Part shown: positions 19,426 through 28,628 of the stretch, one piece after another
Position numbering within the stretch: the first letter of the stretch is position 1
Layout of the letters: the number at the start of each line of letters is the position of its first letter
NCBI GenBank assembly: GCA_963675665.1
Contig: OY776510.1
Span: 1,952,001-2,016,000, forward strand
Reading direction: 5' to 3'
Source of the DNA: Spirochaetia bacterium
Lineage (GTDB): Bacteria > Spirochaetota > Spirochaetia > UBA9216
DNA: 64,000 bases
Notes under the pieces: model-generated
Told to the model about the DNA's origin: nothing
Databases searched by the model: none
What the model saw: only the letters and a program-made list of their open reading frames with translations
Made by a program: the position numbers and the translations under genes

Positions 19426-21852
19426 ATGGAAAATATAATCAGCAATGAAGCTTATTTTAAATTGAAAACGGAGTTTTCCGTGCCTTCGGAAAGGTTCACT
19501 GAGCTTAGGGCCAGGTTGCTGGCTGTAAAACCCGAATTGTGCCCGGAGCGTGCACGATATTTGACACAGTCGTTTAAAGAAACAGAGGGCGAACCGTATA
19601 TAATCAGACGGGCAAAGGGTTTCTATAATGTCCTTGCCAATATGTCGTTGTTTATAAATGAAAAAGAACTGTTTGCAGGTAACCAGGCAGGTTCGCTCAG
19701 GGCTTGTCCGTTTTATCCTGAAACGGAAAGTGTATACTTTAAGGAAGAAATTGATCTTTTTCCTGTCAGAGAAAACGATCGTGTTCAGATAAATCCTGAA
19801 GTCAGGGAAGAAGTGCTAAATGAAATCATCCCGTACTGGATTGACAAGAACACGGAAAAGATTTCTCTGAAACGTATTCCTCCGGAAACCCTTGAGTTGA
19901 TAAATGCGCCTCACCAGATCTTTTCTCCCCAGATACATATGAGGGGAAGTCTTGCGCATACTATTGCAGATTATTCCATGGTTCTGGATAAAGGCATACT
20001 TAATATCAGGGAAGAGCTTTTACAAAGGCAAAAAGCCCTGGATTTGACGATACCGGAAAACCTTGAACACTATCATTTTTGCGAAGCAGAAATCATAATT
20101 TGTAATGCGCTTATGCTGCTGGCTTCAAGATACTCCGACCTTGCTTATAAAATGGCTGATGAAGAAACCGATCCCGTCCGTTCGGAAGAGCTTCGTACTA
20201 CAGCTGCAGCATGTGCAAGGGTCCCTGCGTATCCCGTAGAAAGTTTCTTTGAAGCGTTGCAATCCTTCTGGCTTGTTCACCTCGGACTTTATATAGAACA
20301 GAACGGTTTGGCCATTTCGGTAGGACGGTTTGATCAGTATATGTATCCTTACCTGAATGCTGATCTTAAAAATAAAAAAATTACTCTTTCAGAGGCTCAG
20401 GAGTATCTGGATATTTTATGGATTAAATTCACGGAAATAATGAGGGCATATGATCTTAAATCCGCCAGATACTACGGCGGGTTTGCCATATCCGAGAATC
20501 TTGTTCTCGGCGGAATCCTTGAAAACGGGAAAGATGCTACGAACATTCTCTCTTATATGTGCCTTGATTCAGAGTTTAAAACGAGGTTGAGCCAGCCGAA
20601 TGTTGCCGTAAGGATGCATCAGAATATTCCCCGCGCCCTTTTGATAAAGGCATGTAAAATTATAAGAGAGGGCGGCGGAAAACCCGAACTGTTCAATGAT
20701 GACGTCGGTATTCCATTGCTTCTCAGGACCGGCGTCACGCTGGAAGATTCACGCAATTATGATATCTCCGGCTGTGTAGAGCCGGTTCCTCCGGGGACTC
20801 TGGGAATCACGAACGCTTCGATGTCCAACCTTGCAAAGGCGCTGGAGCTTGCCCTTAATAACGGAAAATGCCGTCTGAGCGGAACTCAGATGGGTCCCGT
20901 GACCGGCACGCCCGATAAATTCAAATCAATAGAAGACGTAATATACGCTTTCAGGCAGCAGGTCGAAGCGTATGTAGAGCATATGATTATCGCTATTAAT
21001 ACCATTGAGAGTGTCCACAGGGAGTTTCTGCAGATACCTTTTACTTCGCTTACGCTTACAGGATGTTTAGAGAAGTGTCTTGACGCCACCGCCGGAGGAG
21101 CAATTTATAATTACACAGGACCGCAGGGAGTCGGCGTGGCTGATGTAGCTGACTCTCTTGCCGCAATCCAGAAACTTGTTTTTGAGGATCATTTTATTTC
21201 AATGGATGAACTGAATGCTGCTCTTGATAATAATTTCGAATCATTGCCTGAACTTCTCAATATGGCCCGTAAGGTTCCCAAATACGGTAACGATGATGAT
21301 TATGTCGATCAATATGCATCCGTGATTGCAAAAATTTACTGTGATGCTGTAGAAAAGTATAAAAACCCGAGAGGCGGGGCCTACAGGCCCGGGTTATATC
21401 CGGTATCGGCCAATGTGCCTTTGGGGGAAGCTGTAGGTGCGCTTCCTTCAGGCAGGAAAGCCGGAACTCCTCTTGCTGACGGGATATCCCCGGAACATTT
21501 TATGGACACAAACGGGCCTACGGCGGTTATGAGATCGGCTGCAAAAATGGATCATACTATCGTTTCAAACGGCACGCTTCTTAATCAAAAATTTGATCCG
21601 GTTTATTTAAAAACCGATGAGAACATAAACCGGTTGGTGGATATGATCAGGGCGTATTTTGATCTTGGCGGGTGGCACGTTCAATTCAATGTTGTAAACA
21701 AGGAAACACTGTTGAAGGCCCAGGCTAATCCCGGGGAATATTCAGGACTCCTGGTCAGGGTAGCAGGATACAGCGCTTTCTTTGCCGAGTTAAGCGATGT
21801 TATCCAGAATGATATAATCGACCGAACAGAGTTCTCAGAAATTATAAACTAG
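19426..21852 (+). CDS. Glycyl radical enzyme, PFL2/glycerol-dehydratase (eliminase) class, substrate unknown
   Basis: Cys loop 'SGCVEP', glycyl loop 'LLVRVAGYS', 'GRFDQY', 'PKYGND', 'PLADGISP', 'HVQFNVV'; 808 aa; lacks the CC pair of true PFL. Confidence 0.9.
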   Translation: MENIISNEAYFKLKTEFSVPSERFTELRARLLAVKPELCPERARYLTQSFKETEGEPYIIRRAKGFYNVLANMSLFINEKELFAGNQAGSLRACPFYPETESVYFKEEIDLFPVRENDRVQINPEVREEVLNEIIPYWIDKNTEKISLKRIPPETLELINAPHQIFSPQIHMRGSLAHTIADYSMVLDKGILNIREELLQRQKALDLTIPENLEHYHFCEAEIIICNALMLLASRYSDLAYKMADEETDPVRSEELRTTAAACARVPAYPVESFFEALQSFWLVHLGLYIEQNGLAISVGRFDQYMYPYLNADLKNKKITLSEAQEYLDILWIKFTEIMRAYDLKSARYYGGFAISENLVLGGILENGKDATNILSYMCLDSEFKTRLSQPNVAVRMHQNIPRALLIKACKIIREGGGKPELFNDDVGIPLLLRTGVTLEDSRNYDISGCVEPVPPGTLGITNASMSNLAKALELALNNGKCRLSGTQMGPVTGTPDKFKSIEDVIYAFRQQVEAYVEHMIIAINTIESVHREFLQIPFTSLTLTGCLEKCLDATAGGAIYNYTGPQGVGVADVADSLAAIQKLVFEDHFISMDELNAALDNNFESLPELLNMARKVPKYGNDDDYVDQYASVIAKIYCDAVEKYKNPRGGAYRPGLYPVSANVPLGEAVGALPSGRKAGTPLADGISPEHFMDTNGPTAVMRSAAKMDHTIVSNGTLLNQKFDPVYLKTDENINRLVDMIRAYFDLGGWHVQFNVVNKETLLKAQANPGEYSGLLVRVAGYSAFFAELSDVIQNDIIDRTEFSEIIN

Positions 21853-22779
21853 ATGAATGGTAATTACGGTATAATTTCGGAGATACAACGATTCTGTATT
21901 CATGACGGGAAGGGTTTAAGGACCACAGTATTTTTAAAAGGCTGTCCGCTTAGATGTGCATGGTGTTCAAATCCTGAAACACAGTCAGCAGAAAAAGAAC
22001 TGATGTATTTTCAAAAAAACTGCGTCGGGTGCGGGCGTTGCATTAACAGTTGTCCAAATAATGCCTTAAGTTTCGATAATCAAAGGGTTGTTGTCGAAAA
22101 GGATAAATGCGATCTATGCGGGAAATGTGAAAAAAGCTGTTTTTATAATGCGCTTAAAATCAAAGGCGAAGAAATGGAAGTCTTTGAAATAATTGAGCTG
22201 CTGATGAAGGATTTCAAGTTTTTTGAAAAGAGCGGCGGAGGCCTGACGATTTCGGGAGGCGAACCTACATCACAACCGGAGTTTACAAAAAAGTTATTAA
22301 TCACTGCTGGAAAGCTGGGAATAAATACAGCTATTGAGACCTGCGCCCTGTGCAGGCAGGAAACCTTGCTGGATATTGCTGAATATTGTGATGAAATATT
22401 TATTGATCTGAAAATTGCGGATGCGGTGGCGCACAGCAAATGGACCGGGGCGGATAACAGGACGATTGTTGAAAATATAAGAATATTATTGAAGACTATG
22501 GCATCCAAAGTAAATATTCGAATTCCTGTGATTGAGGGAATAAATACCGGATATAATGATATTTTTCAAATTTCAAAACTTTTGAAAGATCTTTATTGTG
22601 ATCTTTTACCCAAAGAAATTGTTATAGAGTTAATGCCTTATCATCGTTTGGGCAGCGGCAAGTATGATGCTCTTCAGATGAAATATTCCCTGGAAAATCT
22701 TAAGCCGATGAGTATGGAAAGAATTGAAGATATAAAGAATATTTTTAAAGAAAACGGTATTACAGCCATTACCCCGTAA
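21853..22779 (+). CDS. Glycyl radical enzyme activating protein (radical SAM with 2x[4Fe-4S] insert)
   Basis: 'HDGKGLRTTVFLKGCPLRCAWCSNPE', two CxxCxxCxxxC motifs, 'GGLTISGGEP', 'MPYHRLG'. Confidence 0.93.
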   Translation: MNGNYGIISEIQRFCIHDGKGLRTTVFLKGCPLRCAWCSNPETQSAEKELMYFQKNCVGCGRCINSCPNNALSFDNQRVVVEKDKCDLCGKCEKSCFYNALKIKGEEMEVFEIIELLMKDFKFFEKSGGGLTISGGEPTSQPEFTKKLLITAGKLGINTAIETCALCRQETLLDIAEYCDEIFIDLKIADAVAHSKWTGADNRTIVENIRILLKTMASKVNIRIPVIEGINTGYNDIFQISKLLKDLYCDLLPKEIVIELMPYHRLGSGKYDALQMKYSLENLKPMSMERIEDIKNIFKENGITAITP

Positions 22780-22780
22780 T

Positions 22781-24595
22781 TTACGGGGTAATAACAGGGA
22801 GCTCGATCAGAAATTGAGCTCCCTTCCCGATATCCCTGCCGATTGTGATGTTCCCCTCATGTTTTGTGATAATGCTATGGATAATTGACAAACCCATACC
22901 CAGATGGGTCCCGGTTTTTGTTTTTGTCGAGAAAAAAGGAAGAAAAATATCGCTTATAATATCTGTCGAAATTCCGGGGCCATTATCCTCAAATGTTAAT
23001 TTTAGTTTATCATTAGTATTCTCAAGAGTGATATTGATCTCTCCATTTCCTGTCAGAACATCATTACTGTTTCTTATTAAATTTAACATAATTTGTTTAT
23101 ATTCGTTTTGGGTTATCGGACAAAATGCAAGATCCTCAAGTTTATTTAGAAGATTGATTCTCAACCCGTCATATTGCGGATTATGTTTGATAAAGCTTAT
23201 TATTTGGGCTGTTGTTTCATAAATATTGACATAGTCGTTCTTTGTCGGGTTTTTATCCGAAAAGGATATAAGGTTGTCGACTACATTCTCAATGAAATCC
23301 AACTCCTCTCTTATATGATCATACAGTTCAATATCTTCAGACTTTGTTCTTTTAAACAACAGCAGGTTAGAGAAACTGTTCAGGGCCTCGAGAGAGTTGT
23401 TAATTTCATGGGCAATGCCTGCGGACAGAATACCAATTGAGGAAAGATTCTGTGCGAGGATAAGTTTTTCCTGCAAAGTCACAAGTTCAGAAACATCTTC
23501 AATTAAAAAAATATTCCCGATATTCATACTGTCTTCTGTAATCGGTAAAATTTTTATATTTACACTCGTCTGTCTGTTCCCTATTATCATCGGGACATGG
23601 TAAAAACTGTGAATTTGATTTGTATTTGATGATTCTTCAATTATATGAAGAAATGAATTATTATTCTTTGCAAAAAAATCATTAAGCCGGCTTTTCAGGT
23701 AGTCTTCATTTTCAATATTAAAATATTTCTTGAAATAGTTGTTTACCATTATAATTTCCATTTGACGATTTGTAACAATTATATTTGACGGAAGGCTTTC
23801 AAGAATTGCTTCGTTGAATTTCAGGAAATGATAAAATGACTTATTTAATTCTTCCATATTATATGTAAGCGAAGGATTTGTGTATGTAAGTCTGATAAGA
23901 TTAATTTTGTCAATGCTGTCTATTTTATCCGAAAAGATTATTTCGCCGTTTTTTATTATACTGACTCTTTCGGCGATATCGTAAATATAACTTATTTTTG
24001 TTGTAAAGAATAATACTGATCCACCTTTTTGGGAGTAATCCTTAAGTATCTCGTAAACCCTGACAAGATCCGCCGAGTTGATTTTGGAAAACATCTCGTC
24101 AATAATCAGCAATTCAGGAACAGGTTCCAGCTTGTTTAATAATTCAAGAATTGCAATATCTGATTGATTAAGATTTTTAAGCTGTGCAAAGGGGTCGATA
24201 TCAAAACCATACTTGTGAAAGTCTCTTTTTGCCATACTCACAAATCTTTTTCTGCTGCTGAAGCCTATTATATGTTTGCTAAACTTGTTGTGGTACAGAT
24301 ACTCCCCGGCTATAAAGGCCTGATTAAGAATAAGATGCTGGGGTACCATGGTTATTGACGGTTTATTTTTTATTCTGGCAAGTTTAGAATGGGTTTGCCC
24401 CCGGTATGTAAATGTTCCGGAAGAATTCAGCAATTGATTTTTCAGCAGTTTTCCCAGCAATGTTTTTCCGGCTCCGGATTCTCCGATTATTGCATGAACC
24501 TCGCCCCTGTTTAAATCAAGATTTATTATATTCAGATACATTTTATCTTTAAAATGGACTTTTATATTGTTCAGACTTAATAACGGATTAATCAT
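22781..24595 (-). CDS. Second soluble ABC-ATPase-like/PAS/histidine kinase fusion
   Basis: 'GEVHAIIGESGAGKT', 'VPQH', 'LLIIDE', 'IIKNGEI'; PAS-like middle; 'AGIAHEINNSL', 'NLIRNS', 'DNGPGI', 'IFLPFFST', 'GMGLSI'. No TM. ATG 24595 overlaps the regulator stop (ATGA); an alternative start is at 24610. Confidence 0.85.
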   Translation of the reverse strand: MINPLLSLNNIKVHFKDKMYLNIINLDLNRGEVHAIIGESGAGKTLLGKLLKNQLLNSSGTFTYRGQTHSKLARIKNKPSITMVPQHLILNQAFIAGEYLYHNKFSKHIIGFSSRKRFVSMAKRDFHKYGFDIDPFAQLKNLNQSDIAILELLNKLEPVPELLIIDEMFSKINSADLVRVYEILKDYSQKGGSVLFFTTKISYIYDIAERVSIIKNGEIIFSDKIDSIDKINLIRLTYTNPSLTYNMEELNKSFYHFLKFNEAILESLPSNIIVTNRQMEIIMVNNYFKKYFNIENEDYLKSRLNDFFAKNNNSFLHIIEESSNTNQIHSFYHVPMIIGNRQTSVNIKILPITEDSMNIGNIFLIEDVSELVTLQEKLILAQNLSSIGILSAGIAHEINNSLEALNSFSNLLLFKRTKSEDIELYDHIREELDFIENVVDNLISFSDKNPTKNDYVNIYETTAQIISFIKHNPQYDGLRINLLNKLEDLAFCPITQNEYKQIMLNLIRNSNDVLTGNGEINITLENTNDKLKLTFEDNGPGISTDIISDIFLPFFSTKTKTGTHLGMGLSIIHSIITKHEGNITIGRDIGKGAQFLIELPVITP

Positions 24596-25911
24596 TTTTT
24601 CTCTTGGCATGGAATCTTATATTTATCGATTTTATTGTAAAGGGTTTTTCTGGATATTCCCAATTCTTCTGCTGTCCGTTTCTTGTTAAATTTATTTTTC
24701 CTCAACGAGTTGAAGATTGTATTGTATTCAACATTGGCGATAGGGCTGGGATTAAAATTGGAGTTCTTTAAACTGTATAAATTGTGCGGCAGGTCTGATA
24801 TTTTGATATTATTATCAGTACAAACCGCAGAAGCATATTCAATAACATTTTTGAGTTCGCGAATATTCCCCGGCCAATGATATTTACAAAGCAGTTTTAT
24901 AACTTCCTTGTCAATTGAAATACTATTGTCTGATATTTCAATAAAATGAGTAATCAGCAGCGGTATGTCCTCACGTCTTTCCCTTAAAGGGGGAATCTCA
25001 AATATTACAGTATTTAACCTGAAATATAGGTCCTCCCGGAATGTGTTATTATGCATCATCTGTTGTATATTTTTATTTGTTGCCGCTATAAATCTTGTAT
25101 TTATTTTGATAATTTCATCTCCGCCAAGCCTTCTTATTTCATTGTTTTGCAAAGTTCGTAGTATCTTTGCTTGGATATCCAGAGACATATCGCCTATCTC
25201 ATCAAGAAACAGGCTGCTGTTATCAGCACGTTCGAATACGCCTTTATATTGTCTGTCTGCACCTGTGAAAGCTCCTCTTTCATGTCCGAAAAGTTCATTG
25301 TCGAGCAGGTTCTCCTGAAAAGCAGCGCAATTAATTTTCAGTATTCTGTTTTCTTTTCGGGGAGAATGAAAGTGCAGTTTCTCGGCTATATTTTCTTTTC
25401 CGACACCATTTTCGCCCAAGATAAGGACAGGTAGGTTTGTCGGCCCTATCTTTTCAATCCTGCTGATTATTTCAAGCATTCTTGGGTTCTGGGTAATTAT
25501 CCGGGTTTCAAATGAGTCTTCAGATGTTTTTTTATCAATACTTTTAAAATTGTTTAGTATGGAACTTTTAACTGTATTATAAAGCTGATCGTATTTAATC
25601 GGTTTCTGAATATAATCATATGCCCCGTATTTCATTGCGTCAACAGCAGACACTACAGTTCCAAAGCCGGTTATTATGATGACAGGTACTGACGGAATCA
25701 TTTTTTTTAATTTTTTCAGGACCTCTATGCCGTTCTCATCGCCCAACATTAAATCAAGAAGAATACAATGCGGATTAAATTTGATAATACGATGAAATAC
25801 ACTTTTAGAAGAGAGCGCGTATTCCGCTTGATATCCATTTTTTTCGAAGTTTTTCTTCAGGCCTATACAAATATTTTCTTTATCATCTATAATAAAAAGT
25901 CTGTATTTCAT
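24592..25911 (-). CDS. NtrC-family sigma54-dependent response regulator
   Basis: REC 'IIDD...LLDLML...QKP', 'GENGVGKE', 'GAFTGA', 'WPGNIREL', 'LGISRKTLY'. Confidence 0.93.
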   Translation of the reverse strand: MKYRLFIIDDKENICIGLKKNFEKNGYQAEYALSSKSVFHRIIKFNPHCILLDLMLGDENGIEVLKKLKKMIPSVPVIIITGFGTVVSAVDAMKYGAYDYIQKPIKYDQLYNTVKSSILNNFKSIDKKTSEDSFETRIITQNPRMLEIISRIEKIGPTNLPVLILGENGVGKENIAEKLHFHSPRKENRILKINCAAFQENLLDNELFGHERGAFTGADRQYKGVFERADNSSLFLDEIGDMSLDIQAKILRTLQNNEIRRLGGDEIIKINTRFIAATNKNIQQMMHNNTFREDLYFRLNTVIFEIPPLRERREDIPLLITHFIEISDNSISIDKEVIKLLCKYHWPGNIRELKNVIEYASAVCTDNNIKISDLPHNLYSLKNSNFNPSPIANVEYNTIFNSLRKNKFNKKRTAEELGISRKTLYNKIDKYKIPCQEKK

Positions 25912-26090
25912 ATTTATTTTTTCCAGCTGATCAAATCAACCAGATTAATAGAATTGCCTCCGATCTTTTAATAGATCCAATTATTGTACATTGTACACTA
26001 AAATTGAATGGCTGTATATAAATTTCAGTTTATTGATATTATTCTGCTGTGCCGGAAAGTTAATTGGGATGTGTTGTTTGAATTATAGAT

Positions 26091-26129
26091 AAACCTCTGA
26101 TAACACTAAATCAATGTTGTCAGAGGTTT
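26091..26129 (-). terminator. Probable terminator of the ytf-like operon
   Basis: aaacctctgataaca ... tgttgtcagaggttt inverted repeat just past the stop at 26153. Confidence 0.55.
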
Positions 26130-26152
26130 GCTTAATATAAGCAGTTAATAAG

Positions 26153-26677
26153 TTATTCCGGAAAAAATTTCACTTCGCTGGTTTCAGTCCAGGGGATGTC
26201 CGGCGGTGTGCCGAAATTTTTCACCATTTCGATACGTATGTACTTTGCATTTACAGGCTTATCCAGTTTGAAGGTCTGCCAGCTTTCCTCTTTTTTAATT
26301 TTGCATTCTAGGACCTTTGTCCATTCGACCGAATCTATATCATCCAGATCAGATTTAAGCTCCCGCGGAGCTTCTGTATTGCAGATATAGATATTAATGT
26401 CGCTTGCGAGTTCTTCCAGTATGCTTATCGGCAGTCCGACGTTTGTGAAAAACCTGACTGTTTTGACGGGCTGCTCTTCCCCGAAAAAACTCAGAATTAC
26501 GTTTACCGGCCCCATTGTATTGGCGCCGTATGTTCCTCCGCTGCGTTCAATATCATCATCGATTATGTTGAGTACCCAGAAAAGCGGGTTGCTTTCCGTG
26601 TGACTGGCCCATTCAATCCTGGTGTAATAGGAGCCGTCGCGTCTGAGCCCCAGCGGATATAGTTCTTTATTATTCAT
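26153..26677 (-). CDS. Hypothetical cytoplasmic protein, galactose-binding/discoidin (F5/8 type C)-like
   Basis: GGAGG RBS. The C-terminal 'WQTFKLDKPVNAKYIRIEMVKNFG...SEVKF' resembles F5/8C strands. No signal peptide. Confidence 0.6.
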   Translation of the reverse strand: MNNKELYPLGLRRDGSYYTRIEWASHTESNPLFWVLNIIDDDIERSGGTYGANTMGPVNVILSFFGEEQPVKTVRFFTNVGLPISILEELASDINIYICNTEAPRELKSDLDDIDSVEWTKVLECKIKKEESWQTFKLDKPVNAKYIRIEMVKNFGTPPDIPWTETSEVKFFPE

Positions 26678-26692
26678 GTCATTCCTCCAATA

Positions 26693-27655
26693 TTATGCGG
26701 CGTTGTCCACGCCGATTCGTTTTTTACGGAATTTTTCAGATTGCGACTGCGCAACAACCACACCGAGCAGCAGAAGGGCAGTGAAGATGTTTATCCACCA
26801 GACCATTACGTTGAAACGGCCCAACAGCGTTTCAATTACTGCATAGATGAGTACGCCGTAAACGGTTCCGCTGCAGTTGCCGCGCCCTCCTGTCAGAAGT
26901 GTGCCTCCGAGAACAACGGATGCTATTGCAGTCAGCTCCCAGCCCTGTCCGGCTGTGTTCTGGGCCGAACTGAGCCTTGCCGTAAGCAGCAGGCCTGCAA
27001 GGCCTGAACAGAAGCCGCTGATCCCGTATACAATCATTTTTACTTTTACAACATTTATGCCCATCATCTTGGCGGCTTCTTCATTGCCTCCGACTGCATA
27101 GACTTCCCGCCCGAATTTTGTGTAGTTCAGAACGATGATCGAAATAAATACAATGACAGCGAAAAGCCAGATCAGAATTGGGAAACCCAGGAAGTTTCCC
27201 TGTCCCAGTCTTGTGAATGAGTCCGAGATTTCTTTCAGTCCCAGTGGTTTCTCGCCGGAGATAATCAGAGATGCGCCTCTTGCTCCCATCATCATTGCAA
27301 GGGTTGCAACAAAAGGCGGAACCTTAAGCTTTCCGACGACAAAACCGTTAAAAAGACCCAGAGCTGCGCCGGCTACCAGCGGTACAATAATGGGCAGAAG
27401 CCAGAAGCTGTCTGTGAGTACTGCGGCGCTGAACCCTGCAACTGCCGCTATTGAGCCGACAGAAAGATCAATTCCGCCGGTAAGAATAATAAATGTCATT
27501 CCGACTGCGACAATTCCCACCATGCTGTAACCTCTTACTATATCCATTGCAACATTAAACGAAAGAAGTGAGGGGAATTTTATGATGCCGAAGAGAATCA
27601 GCAACAGCAAAGCGGATAGTGCCGCCCGCTTTTTGAAAAAATTGAAAATAAACAT
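26693..27655 (-). CDS. Sugar ABC permease, YjfF-like
   Basis: 'ILTGGIDLSVGS', 'GGNEEAAKMMG', 'WELTAIASVVLGGTLLTGGRG'. Confidence 0.88.
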   Translation of the reverse strand: MFIFNFFKKRAALSALLLLILFGIIKFPSLLSFNVAMDIVRGYSMVGIVAVGMTFIILTGGIDLSVGSIAAVAGFSAAVLTDSFWLLPIIVPLVAGAALGLFNGFVVGKLKVPPFVATLAMMMGARGASLIISGEKPLGLKEISDSFTRLGQGNFLGFPILIWLFAVIVFISIIVLNYTKFGREVYAVGGNEEAAKMMGINVVKVKMIVYGISGFCSGLAGLLLTARLSSAQNTAGQGWELTAIASVVLGGTLLTGGRGNCSGTVYGVLIYAVIETLLGRFNVMVWWINIFTALLLLGVVVAQSQSEKFRKKRIGVDNAA

Positions 27656-27668
27656 CGCTCAAGCTCCT

Positions 27669-28628
27669 TTAATCTTTTTTACGGTACACGTTGGGTATAA
27701 CTGCCAGAATAAGAATTGCTGCCTTTGCCACCTTTCCCCAGCTGGAGAGTATGCCGTTCATATTTACCGTCATGACTACCAGCTGCATAATCAGGGCGCC
27801 GATTATTGTTCCCCAGAGATATGCCTTGCCTCCGTTCAGGGATGTTCCGCCGACGGCTACAGCGGCTATTGCATTCATCTCCATGTTTATTCCCATCCGG
27901 GCCGCTTCCGCCTGGCTTTCCCGTCCTACTTCGATTACCGATGCAATACCGGCTGCAAAAGCGCTGATAATATAGACAAGGGCTGTAATTTTAAAGGTAT
28001 CTATTCCGGTAAAGTTTGCTGCTGTGCGGTTATTGCCTATGCACTGTATCTGGCTGCCGAAAACTGTTCTTTTAATGATAAAAACAGCTGCGACGGTGAA
28101 AATTAATATCAGTGCAAACTGCAGCGGCATTCCCTGCTTCCAGAAACGGAATGAAGCGATGGTGTTTAACGGTGTGTAGGAGAACGGTACAGGCCTTCCT
28201 GCCGTCACTACCTGGGCAAACCCGCGGATGGCCAGCATGGTCACAAGAGTCATGACTATAGGCTGTACTTCGAATTTTGCAATAAAATATCCGTTTACTG
28301 CGCCGACGAGAATACCGATTGAGAGTGCAACGATTATACAAATAATCAGCGGAATTCCGGATACCATCATCGCGGCCAGGATTGTACCTGTCAGAGCCAT
28401 TGTTGCCCCTACGGAAATATCAATGCCGCCGGAGGATATCACAAAGGTCATGCCGAGACCCACTATAGCAATCGGAAAAGCCTGTACAACCAGAAGCCAG
28501 AGCGTTCTCAGGCTTAAAAAATTATTTGTAAATATACAGTTGAATATTACCATTACCAGCAGAAAAATTGCTGCGCCCCACTTCTGAATAAAAGAAGCAT
28601 CGTAATTATCAGTTTTTATCCCTTTCAT
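27669..28628 (-). CDS. Sugar ABC permease, YtfT-like
   Basis: 'SSGGIDISVGA', 'QPIVMTL', 'EMNAIAAVAVGGTSLNGGK'. Confidence 0.88.
   Translation of the reverse strand: MKGIKTDNYDASFIQKWGAAIFLLVMVIFNCIFTNNFLSLRTLWLLVVQAFPIAIVGLGMTFVISSGGIDISVGATMALTGTILAAMMVSGIPLIICIIVALSIGILVGAVNGYFIAKFEVQPIVMTLVTMLAIRGFAQVVTAGRPVPFSYTPLNTIASFRFWKQGMPLQFALILIFTVAAVFIIKRTVFGSQIQCIGNNRTAANFTGIDTFKITALVYIISAFAAGIASVIEVGRESQAEAARMGINMEMNAIAAVAVGGTSLNGGKAYLWGTIIGALIMQLVVMTVNMNGILSSWGKVAKAAILILAVIPNVYRKKD

Noticed and set aside
19426-21852. Annotation as pyruvate formate-lyase or choline TMA-lyase
   Set aside because: It has a single Cys in GCVEP rather than the PFL CC pair, and no cut/BMC context.
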